DNA of 64,000 bases from Bacteroidales bacterium (GTDB lineage: Bacteria; Bacteroidota; Bacteroidia; Bacteroidales; WCHB1-69): contig JBBQWB010000005.1 in the NCBI GenBank assembly GCA_038210985.1, positions 19 to 64,018 of the forward strand, given 5' to 3'. A program made the position numbers and the translations under genes. Positions 16,995 to 24,517 of this stretch are shown here, piece by piece. Below the pieces are notes generated by a model that was given only the letters and a program-made list of their open reading frames with translations, was not told where the DNA came from and ran no database searches. How positions within the stretch are numbered: the first letter of the stretch is position 1; every line of letters starts with the position of its first letter.

Positions 16995-18080
16995 ATGAAA
17001 AATATTTTTGGATTTAAGTTGATTTTAGTTTTACTTACTATCTTTTTAGGTTTTGGAGGATTTAATTTAACTCCTAAATTAATTTCTGCCACACATCAAA
17101 CTACTGTTCAACAAACCACCGAGGAGGATGAATTTAAAGATTTTGACGAGACAGCCGACACGGTTGCCACTTGTAATGGCGATTGTGCATCTTGTCCGAA
17201 TAGTCAAACCGAAGTTGTCAACGATTCATTAATTTCTAACAGTACTTGGTGGATTATTGCAATCCTAGCAACTACTGTAATTGCTGGTGTTTTGGTGCGA
17301 TTTAAAACTACAAGAAAATTCAGAATTTTATTTTTGTTAGGTTCGGTGGTCTTTTTTGGAGTTTATCGCGGAACTTGTCCATGTATGATTTCTTCGTTCG
17401 AAAATTTTGTTTTAACTCTAACTGGTGCAGATTTTGTTTGGTATCATTTATTGTGGTTTATAGGACTAATTCCGATTACCTATTTATTTGGAAGGGTTTT
17501 TTGTGGCTGGATTTGCCATCTTGGAGCACTTCAGGAATTACTTTATCGTCCTGGGAAATTCAAATTTTTTACTTCAAAAAGAGCTCGTATTGTAATGAAA
17601 GTGATGCAATATGTTCTATTTGCCACCTTAGTTATTCAACTCATTGTTCAACAAGAAATATTTTGGTGTAAAATAGATCCATTTTTGGCTATTTATCAGT
17701 TAATGCTGGCATATAATTACGAAATTTTGAGTATTGTTTTAATTTCACTTTTACTTATAACATCACTTTTATCTTATCGCCCATTTTGCAGAGCTGCTTG
17801 TCCGGTTGGATTAGTTTTGGGTTGGATTGAAAAGATACCAGGTGCAACTATTATTGGTCTGAAAAACGATGCTTGTATTAGTTGTGTAAGTTGTTCAAAA
17901 ACTTGCGATATTGAAGCAATTTATAAAAACAAAAAGCAAACAATACTAAATAACGAAGAGTGTATTATGTGCGGTGAATGTATGGATTCGTGTTTACAAA
18001 GCGGGTTAGGTATTTTTAGAGTTTCTAAAAAACGCCTTTCTAAATGCTCTTTTGATTCGAGCAAATGCGAAAATAAATAA
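16995..18080 (+). CDS. NapH/MauN-like membrane polyferredoxin (4Fe-4S binding protein)
   Basis: Several TM helices; loop motifs CGWICHLGALQE and RPFCRAACPVG (CX3C / CX3CP); two ferredoxin motifs CISCVSCSKTC and CIMCGECMDSC. There is an extra N-terminal CNGDCASCP cluster. Confidence 0.85.
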   Translation: MKNIFGFKLILVLLTIFLGFGGFNLTPKLISATHQTTVQQTTEEDEFKDFDETADTVATCNGDCASCPNSQTEVVNDSLISNSTWWIIAILATTVIAGVLVRFKTTRKFRILFLLGSVVFFGVYRGTCPCMISSFENFVLTLTGADFVWYHLLWFIGLIPITYLFGRVFCGWICHLGALQELLYRPGKFKFFTSKRARIVMKVMQYVLFATLVIQLIVQQEIFWCKIDPFLAIYQLMLAYNYEILSIVLISLLLITSLLSYRPFCRAACPVGLVLGWIEKIPGATIIGLKNDACISCVSCSKTCDIEAIYKNKKQTILNNEECIMCGECMDSCLQSGLGIFRVSKKRLSKCSFDSSKCENK

Positions 18081-18114
18081 TTGCTCTCTGGGGTTTCAGT
18101 CTTTGGTGTTCCGC

Positions 18115-18194
18115 CTTTGTTGGTGTTATCATCAACAAAGTAAACTTATAAAATAAATTTAGGCAATACACTGTTGGAGTAAACACCAACAGTG
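18115..18194. repeat. Two GTTGG/CCAAC-type hairpins (module C family) downstream of the polyferredoxin gene
   Basis: CTTTGTTG(18115-18122)/CAACAAAG(18133-18140) and CACTGTTGG(18169-18177)/CCAACAGTG(18186-18194). A related hairpin, CCCGTTGGTG-ATAA-CACCAACGGG, lies at 21985-22008. Confidence 0.75.
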
Positions 18195-18230
18195 GAGGAA
18201 ACAGTGGATGAAAAGATTATTTTTTAAATT

Positions 18231-18420
18231 TTAAATGAGCAAAAGATTAACGTAATGGATAAAATTGGCATATTGGCATATTGGAAGTTCCTTAAAACAG
18301 TATTCTGATGAAACTTTTATTAACTTGGGCAAGTTTTATTATTTCAGTAAGAAAAACCGTCTAATTTTCAAGGAACTTTTTGGATGGGACCATTAGTTAA
18401 TCTTTATTTTGCTCATTTAA
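18231..18420. repeat. 190-bp imperfect long palindrome (MITE-like element or structured RNA)
   Basis: The outer arm TTAAATGAGCAAAAGATTAACGTAATGG (18231-18258) pairs with 18390-18420, whose reverse complement is TTAAATGAGCAAAATAAAGATTAACTAATGG. The inner arm AAGTTCCTTAAAA (18285-18297) pairs with TTTTCAAGGAACTT (18365-18378). There is an internal tandem GGCATATT x2. Confidence 0.8.
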
Positions 18421-18569
18421 TTCTTAATAATTTCACACCTTCACTTAAATATAAATAATTTGGTAAAACAATAATCTTTCCAATTATAAATTTGTACGCT
18501 TGGTAGTTAATATTTATTTTATTTTCGTTTAATTTTACAAATATACATTAATTATTAGAAAAGGCGGTG

Positions 18570-18609
18570 TATTTACATGTATGAATTTATGAATTCATAC
18601 ATGTAAATA
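18570..18609. terminator. Perfect 18-bp-stem hairpin with 4-nt loop; possible bidirectional terminator between convergent genes
   Basis: TATTTACATGTATGAATT-TATG-AATTCATACATGTAAATA, checked base by base. It lies 61 nt downstream of the AraC stop (minus strand). There is no adjacent U-tract on either strand. Confidence 0.4.
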
Positions 18610-18669
18610 TATAAAGTGCAAATAAACAGTGTGTTGAGGTTTTTAAATTATGCTAATTTATTCCTTTTC

Positions 18670-19884
18670 TTAATTGTTTTTTCTAAAATCAGTAGGAGTA
18701 TATCCCGTATTCCTTTTAAAAGATGTGTTAAAAGATGACTTTGAATGAAATCCAACCATATTAGCGATAGCTTCAATGGTATATAATCTTCCTTTTTCGG
18801 ATAATAAAATGGCTTTCGAATCTTCAATTCGATAATTATTTATAAACGTAAAAAAATTCACATTGTAGTGTTCGTTGATAATTTGCGATAAATATCTCGT
18901 GTTAGTTCCAAGCGTATCCGAAATGTCTTCAATGGTAACTTTACTGTTGTGGTATGGTTTTGATAATAAATACTCTTCTAATTTGATGATAAGTTCTTGT
19001 TTGTATTCACTAGTTAATGGTGAGCTGGAGTATTTCTTTTTAATTTCTTCGTATTCAATGCTTTCAGTATTATCCTTGATGTCTAAATCCGAAGTAATTT
19101 TAATTTTATTTTTCAATAAATTATAAATGTTAGTTTGCAATATGGCTTTAATGCCAAAATAAAGGTTTACCAATGCAAAAACAACATTTATTACGATACG
19201 AATCCAAATATCGTTGTTTATACCAACAAATAGGGTGAAAAATGACAATAGAAAAAAAGCTAAAAAAATACCAACAAAAACATTAAGCCATTTAAGATTG
19301 ATTATTTCGGTATAGGAAAAGAAGAATTTTATGTTTTTATGATGTCGTTTAATCAATCGATAAAATAAAATTGGATAAATAATCATTTGGCCTATTAATC
19401 CGATATATACACCTATGCGGAAAACCCAAATAATGAAAGTCCAAATATTAGGGATGTCAATATTTTTAAAACCGTAGTTGATAAAATCAATTTTTTCCTG
19501 AATGGACAAAAATAAGTATGGAGTAAGTAAAATTGAAATTACCAATGTTGGGATAAAATGAATGAAAATGGTTTTGTTATTGGTTGGCTTAATTTGAGTA
19601 ATTGAATCGACATACAAATAAAATAATGGGAGCACTACAAAGGTAATGGGAAGAGTGAAGTAAAAAGCCCAAACTATTGCATCCAATTTTTCGTAGTAAA
19701 AAGCATAGGAGATTATGAAAAAGCCAAAAATGGACAGTTTGTACAAAGCCATGAAAATATAGTTGCTTTTTTTTGTCGAAATAAAAAGACTAATAAATAT
19801 GACAAAAAACAATAAGCCCTGATGTGCAGGAACTAGCGATAGTATTTTGTCAAACTGTTCAATAAAAGGCTCCATGATATCCAA
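18670..19884 (-). CDS. AraC family transcriptional regulator with N-terminal multi-pass membrane domain
   Basis: About 7-8 hydrophobic helices over the first 250 aa. The C-terminal AraC HTH (ISDTLGTNTRYLSQIINEH...IANMVGFHSKSSFNTSFKRNTGYTPTDFR) is clear. Confidence 0.85.
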   Translation of the reverse strand: MDIMEPFIEQFDKILSLVPAHQGLLFFVIFISLFISTKKSNYIFMALYKLSIFGFFIISYAFYYEKLDAIVWAFYFTLPITFVVLPLFYLYVDSITQIKPTNNKTIFIHFIPTLVISILLTPYLFLSIQEKIDFINYGFKNIDIPNIWTFIIWVFRIGVYIGLIGQMIIYPILFYRLIKRHHKNIKFFFSYTEIINLKWLNVFVGIFLAFFLLSFFTLFVGINNDIWIRIVINVVFALVNLYFGIKAILQTNIYNLLKNKIKITSDLDIKDNTESIEYEEIKKKYSSSPLTSEYKQELIIKLEEYLLSKPYHNSKVTIEDISDTLGTNTRYLSQIINEHYNVNFFTFINNYRIEDSKAILLSEKGRLYTIEAIANMVGFHSKSSFNTSFKRNTGYTPTDFRKNN

Positions 19885-19889
19885 AAAGA

Positions 19890-20351
19890 TTAATAACCTC
19901 GTGTTTTTCCAGTTATTTTTTCAATTTCAATATCGTAAACAACAACATTGTTAACTGCTGGTTCGCTATATGTAAATTGATCTTTGCCCGAATATTTTTT
20001 CATAACCATATTTAATACTCTGATTTTTTCTTCATTGCTTTCGATTTTTTTAGTTTTTCCCCAAAGCAAAACACTTTTGTATAACATTCCCCAGCTGCAT
20101 GCAACATCTTCGTGTTGACGATACATTTTGTGATCGCAACTAAAAGCAACACAAATTTGATTGTTTTTTTCAAGTATTCTTTGTTTTTTGCCACCAGGTC
20201 CTGAATGAATGTATAAGTGGTTTTCCTCAAAAGCAAAGTTAAAAGGTAAAACATAAGGAATTGTGTCGTCCACCATTCCAACATAACAAACTTCACATTT
20301 ATTTATAATGTTGAAAATTTCCTCGTGATTGTCTAAAAATTTACTGTTCAT
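19890..20351 (-). CDS. Pyridoxamine 5'-phosphate oxidase family (flavin-binding split-barrel) protein
   Basis: 153 aa. The pattern CEVCYVGMVDDTIPYVLPFNFAFEENHLYIHSGPGGKK is typical of Pyridox_ox_2-type proteins. Confidence 0.75.
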   Translation of the reverse strand: MNSKFLDNHEEIFNIINKCEVCYVGMVDDTIPYVLPFNFAFEENHLYIHSGPGGKKQRILEKNNQICVAFSCDHKMYRQHEDVACSWGMLYKSVLLWGKTKKIESNEEKIRVLNMVMKKYSGKDQFTYSEPAVNNVVVYDIEIEKITGKTRGY

Positions 20352-20751
20352 TTTTTTCGATTGTTTTGTTTTGTACTATTTTAATTTTTCCAAATGCATC
20401 TAAAATTGCGGTTACTATCGACAATATTATACTAAAAGCGATTGCTGGTAAAAATCCATCTACTTCAAAACCGTCGATAAATTCGCTGGCCAACAATATA
20501 ATTAGTGCATTAATAACAAGCAAAAATAAGCCAAATGTGTAAATTGTAACTCGTATGGTTAAAAGAATCAATACTGGCTTTAAAAAAGAGTTTAAAAAGG
20601 ACAACACCAATGCGATTAAAAGAGAATTGATAAAAACGGGTTCGCCAATTTTTACTCCAGTTAATAACCATGCAGTAATTAATACCGCAAAAGCGGATAT
20701 GATAAGTTTAATTATATAAAATTTGAATTTTTGTCCTTTAAAATTTGCCAT
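20341..20751 (-). CDS. Holin superfamily IV-like (Phage_holin_4_2-type) small membrane protein
   Basis: The start is moved to the internal ATG at 20751 (MANFKGQKFKFYIIKLIISAFAVLITAWLL...). Four hydrophobic helices, about 136 aa. Overlaps the downstream gene by 11 nt. Confidence 0.6.
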   Translation of the reverse strand: MANFKGQKFKFYIIKLIISAFAVLITAWLLTGVKIGEPVFINSLLIALVLSFLNSFLKPVLILLTIRVTIYTFGLFLLVINALIILLASEFIDGFEVDGFLPAIAFSIILSIVTAILDAFGKIKIVQNKTIEKNEQ

Positions 20752-20931
20752 ATGCACATCGATTTTGATGCTAAAGTAAGATTTTTTTGTGTAATAATTT
20801 TTGTTTGCTAAATTTCTTTTGGAAAAATAATCGATAAATATTAAAAAGAACATTTTTTTTTCAATTTAATGCATTGTAGTAATAAATTTTTATTAATTTT
20901 AACCCGATATTTTAAATTAAAAATTATAATT

Positions 20932-21804
20932 ATGAAAAAAACCAACCTTTTTTTGAGTTTAATGCTTATGCTGCTTATCAGCAATTTATCTTTTGGTCAA
21001 ACCCAGCCACCAAATGGAGATTTTGAAACTTGGGAAAATACTAGTAAAGCTACTGGATGGACATCGTCGTTAAATGTTATTTCGCAAATTGAGTTTTTAG
21101 AACAGACGAACGAATTTCACGATGGTACTTATGGGGCAAAAATTACGTCTAAAGATATTTTTGGCGTTGCAATACCTGGTATTTGTACGTATGGAAATAT
21201 TAACGTTGATATGGGGGCTATGTCTGCCAAAATAACTGGAGGAAAAGCTTTTACCAATCGTCCTGTTAAATTTTCGGGATGGTACAAATATGCTCCTCTT
21301 GGCACCGACTCGATGATTGTTTTATGTGTGTTAACGAAATTTGATCCACTTTCGGGCAATAGCGACACCGTTGGTACTGCTTTTTTTATTAATACTATTT
21401 CAAATTCTACTTATGAAAAATTTGAAGTTGCTTTTGAGTATGATAATTCAGCAACCCCAGATACTATGAATATTACTATTTTATCTTCTGGATTTAGTTC
21501 AACTCCTGGTTCAGCTCTTATTATTGATGAACTGAAATTTGATTATGCGGTGAATGTTAACGATAACCAAGCATCAGATTTTTATATCTATCCAAACCCT
21601 TCAAATGGTGTGTATAATGTAAATTTGACCAAAAATGAAACTACTCGTTTTACAGTTTATAATTCGTTGGGACAAATGGTGTATCAAAACACAAGCAACG
21701 ACATCGTAAATATAATAGATTTAAGCCAATTTAAAAAAGGACTATATTTACTTGAGATTAATAATGGAAAGTCAATAAAAACCAGAAAATTGACTTTAAA
21801 ATAG
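20932..21804 (+). CDS. T9SS type A cargo protein, function unknown
   Basis: The start is moved to MKKTNLFLSLMLMLLISNLSFGQ (ATG 20932). The C-terminal FYIYPNPSNGVYNVNL...GLYLLEINNGKSIKTRKLTLK is a Por_Secre_tail CTD. A strong terminator follows. Confidence 0.75.
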   Translation: MKKTNLFLSLMLMLLISNLSFGQTQPPNGDFETWENTSKATGWTSSLNVISQIEFLEQTNEFHDGTYGAKITSKDIFGVAIPGICTYGNINVDMGAMSAKITGGKAFTNRPVKFSGWYKYAPLGTDSMIVLCVLTKFDPLSGNSDTVGTAFFINTISNSTYEKFEVAFEYDNSATPDTMNITILSSGFSSTPGSALIIDELKFDYAVNVNDNQASDFYIYPNPSNGVYNVNLTKNETTRFTVYNSLGQMVYQNTSNDIVNIIDLSQFKKGLYLLEINNGKSIKTRKLTLK

Positions 21805-21824
21805 TTTTTTGTATAAAAACAAAT

Positions 21825-21853
21825 AAAAAATGGGCATTCGTGCCCATTTTTTT
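21825..21853 (+). terminator. Rho-independent terminator of the 20932-21804 gene
   Basis: AAAAAATGGGCA-TTCG-TGCCCATTTTTT: a GC-containing stem, a TTCG tetraloop and a T-run, 21 nt after the stop. Symmetric A/T runs allow bidirectional function. Confidence 0.85.
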
Positions 21854-21860
21854 ATATTCA

Positions 21861-21962
21861 TTACCCTAGCAGTCATCCTGAGCTTGTCGTATAAATGAAT
21901 TTACCCTAGCAGTCATCCAGATTCGCCACGGCGAAGTCGAAGGAAGACTGCGGATGCTTCGA
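21861..21962 (+). repeat. Module B copy, preceded by a duplicated 18-bp leader TTACCCTAGCAGTCATCC
   Basis: The leader occurs at 21861-21878 and 21901-21918. The second copy continues as AGATTCGCCACGGCGAAGTCGAAGGAAGACTGCGGATGCTTCGA. Confidence 0.85.
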
Positions 21963-21984
21963 TAAACTTCTTAGCCAACACAAA

Positions 21985-22008
21985 CCCGTTGGTGATAACA
22001 CCAACGGG
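21985..22008. repeat. Hairpin CCCGTTGGTG-ATAA-CACCAACGGG (module C)
   Basis: Perfect 10-bp stem, located about 75 nt downstream of the minus-strand response-regulator stop. Confidence 0.8.
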
Positions 22009-22082
22009 AGCGATGGGGCTAAAAAACACCAACATGGACAATAAATCCGAGTAAGCGAGGATTAAGATTAAGCTATTTGATT

Positions 22083-22832
22083 TTAAACCGTATAGGAGTC
22101 GATTAAATCCTGAAAAGCTTGTTTGTAATTGTTTCCAATGGTTATTCGTTCGTTTTTAACTTCCACCATATTTCCCTCAATGCTTTTTATTTTGTGAATA
22201 TTCACAATAAACGATTTGTGCATTCTTACAAAGGCATCGGCTGGTAACTGTGTCTCAATTTTTTTCATCGAAAGGTAGGTTACAAGGGTTTGATCTTTTG
22301 TATGAACTTTGATATAATCGCCCAATGCTTCAATAAAATAAATATCCTCAATATTAACTTTGTAATTTTTCTTGTTCGATTTTATGAAAATAAATTTTTG
22401 ATGGACGGAAGGAGTTGTGGAAGATGTTTCAATGATTTTTTCGATAATGGTTACTTTTTCCTCTTTCTCTTTTAAACGTTCTTGAACTTTTTGAATGGAT
22501 TTAAAAAAACGATCAAACGCAAATGGCTTTTTCAAATAATCTATTACATCAAGTTCGTATCCTTCCATGGCATATTCCGAATATGCTGTTGTAAAGATTA
22601 CAAAAGGAGCATTTTTAAGCGTTTTCAAAAAACTTATTCCTGTCATTTTTGGCATGTTTATATCCAAAAACATGACGTCAATTTTGTTGTTATTCAATAC
22701 TTCCTGAGCCTCCATTGCATTGTTGCATTTTGCAATAATTTCGATGGATGGAATATCCTCGCAATATTTTTCAATAACACGTTGTGCCAATGGTTCATCG
22801 TCAACGAGAATTACTTTCATTATTTTATTCAT
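22083..22832 (-). CDS. LytTR family response regulator
   Basis: Receiver domain (KVILVDDEP...DVMFLDINMPKMTG) plus a LytTR DNA-binding domain (IYFIEALGDYIKVHT...). The start ATG at 22832 forms an ATGA overlap with the kinase stop. Confidence 0.9.
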   Translation of the reverse strand: MNKIMKVILVDDEPLAQRVIEKYCEDIPSIEIIAKCNNAMEAQEVLNNNKIDVMFLDINMPKMTGISFLKTLKNAPFVIFTTAYSEYAMEGYELDVIDYLKKPFAFDRFFKSIQKVQERLKEKEEKVTIIEKIIETSSTTPSVHQKFIFIKSNKKNYKVNIEDIYFIEALGDYIKVHTKDQTLVTYLSMKKIETQLPADAFVRMHKSFIVNIHKIKSIEGNMVEVKNERITIGNNYKQAFQDLIDSYTV

Positions 22833-23893
22833 AAACAACTAATGGTTAGGTTAATGCTAAAAATAGTAGCTTTTTTTTCTATTTCAAGTGTATGGCATTT
22901 TGGGTATAATAAGTCCAGTCGCTTTCGAACGTTTTCCAGTCCAATCCCCGAATATGGATTGAATTCGTGATTGCTATCCGCCTCTTTCGAGTTTTCTACT
23001 TTAAAACAAATAGAGCTTTTTGAAGTTTGGTTTAATTTTATTTTAATATGCGAATCGTTTGATTTTGAAGAGTGTTTAAAGGCGTTTTCTACAAAATTAA
23101 TAAAAAGGAGTGGAGCAATATTAATATCATCCGTAATTTCCGATTCAAAATATACTTGCATTTGTTCGCCTAATCGTAACTGTTCTAAGGAAATATAGTT
23201 TTGGATAAACTCGATTTCCTTTCGCAATGGAACGGTAATTTGACGACAGTCGTAAATTATATACCGCATTAGTTCCGAAAGTTTTAAAATCATTTCGGGT
23301 GTTTTGCTCGAGTTGTCTAACGACAGTGAGTATATGTTATTGAGCGTGTTAAATAAAAAGTGAGGATTGATTTGTGATTTTAAAGAATTGAGTTCCGATT
23401 CTAATTTTTGACGCTCCATCTCCTTTAATTTCAATGTGTTATCTTGCATTGTAAACCAATCGCGTAAAAGTTTAATAAAGGTAGTGGTAGTAATAAAAAA
23501 CCCAACCAAAAATGCTTCGGACAAAAATAAAATGCCGTAACGTGCTATGGCAGGGATATTTGCACTAAAGTATGTGTTGTAGTTATTGTTAAATAATAAA
23601 ATGCTTGAAAAAATATCTAATAAAAAGAAAAGGATAATGTTGCATAATTGAAAAAGGATAAATTTCCAATAATGTCTTTTTTGTAAAAAAACAGGAATTA
23701 ATATGGTAAGATTAATATAAACCGATATTGCTAAAAAAAGGAGGGTGGTAAAATTTTGAAATATTATTTTAACACTATCCGAATTTGGTTTATTTATATC
23801 GGGTAAAATAAGTAAAAATCCAGCAGTTGCCCAAAATAAAATATGTTGAAATAAAATACTTTGAATAATTTGCTTTGTGCGTTTAATAATCAT
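22829..23893 (-). CDS. Sensor histidine kinase, LytS/His_kinase (PF06580-type) family
   Basis: N-terminal TM helices, the phosphoacceptor region INPHFLFNTLNNIYSL, and a C-terminal ATPase region (ENAFKHS...GIGLENVRKRL). Confidence 0.85.
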   Translation of the reverse strand: MIIKRTKQIIQSILFQHILFWATAGFLLILPDINKPNSDSVKIIFQNFTTLLFLAISVYINLTILIPVFLQKRHYWKFILFQLCNIILFFLLDIFSSILLFNNNYNTYFSANIPAIARYGILFLSEAFLVGFFITTTTFIKLLRDWFTMQDNTLKLKEMERQKLESELNSLKSQINPHFLFNTLNNIYSLSLDNSSKTPEMILKLSELMRYIIYDCRQITVPLRKEIEFIQNYISLEQLRLGEQMQVYFESEITDDINIAPLLFINFVENAFKHSSKSNDSHIKIKLNQTSKSSICFKVENSKEADSNHEFNPYSGIGLENVRKRLDLLYPKCHTLEIEKKATIFSINLTISCL

Positions 23894-24052
23894 TATTTCT
23901 GTTATTGTTTTTTTTTTCGATGGCTTAAAAGTAGTAATTATTGATATAAATTGAGAGAAAAAAGCAAAAAGTATTTTTAAACAGTTTGTGATTCAGCTTT
24001 AATTAGGTATTTTTATTGGTGAAATAGGAGATTAATTTCAAAATTATTTAAA

Positions 24053-24517
24053 ATGAAAAATATATTTCATCCCATCTTATTTATTGCCACAATTGGAACT
24101 TTAATGATTTTCAGTTCGTGTGGTAAAGAGAACTATTACGAAAAGCGATCTGGTCCATGGAAAGTGGAGGAGGTAGAGATAGCTTATTATAAAAGTCACT
24201 TAAATACTCCCGATTCTGTTGTCCATTTTAAATCGGACACTTTAGGTTATTTTAATTTTTATCATGGAACTCCTTCAAGTGTTTACGTTTTAATTAACTA
24301 TCCGTCTGTGTTTTTAAATAAAGATTACGATGCTAAATACGAAGTCCATGAACAAAATTTCGACATTTTGGTAATTTCAAATTTGGTTGGTTCCACATGG
24401 GTGGATAAACGATTTGCTATTGATCATCCCAAACGAAAAACGCAGGAATGGACAATTGTGAGTGATGATTTTAACGGAAATGCTGTAAGAGAAACGATTA
24501 CGGTGCATAAAGAGTAA
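24053..24517 (+). CDS. Hypothetical lipoprotein
   Basis: Lipobox IFSSC; 154 aa; no family motif recognised. Confidence 0.55.
   Translation: MKNIFHPILFIATIGTLMIFSSCGKENYYEKRSGPWKVEEVEIAYYKSHLNTPDSVVHFKSDTLGYFNFYHGTPSSVYVLINYPSVFLNKDYDAKYEVHEQNFDILVISNLVGSTWVDKRFAIDHPKRKTQEWTIVSDDFNGNAVRETITVHKE

Noticed and set aside
20752-20853. Upstream-extended starts given by the ORF track (20853, 20869, 26458, 41650, 41873, 47055, 32792, 22838).
   Set aside because: In each case an internal ATG gives a canonical signal peptide or conserved N-terminus (MANFKG..., MKKTNLF..., MKKNIAILAGG..., MKKINAF..., MFQKEVYK..., MAEHNDF..., MKNKLW..., ATGA overlap). The extension would also overlap a promoter box or a neighbouring gene.
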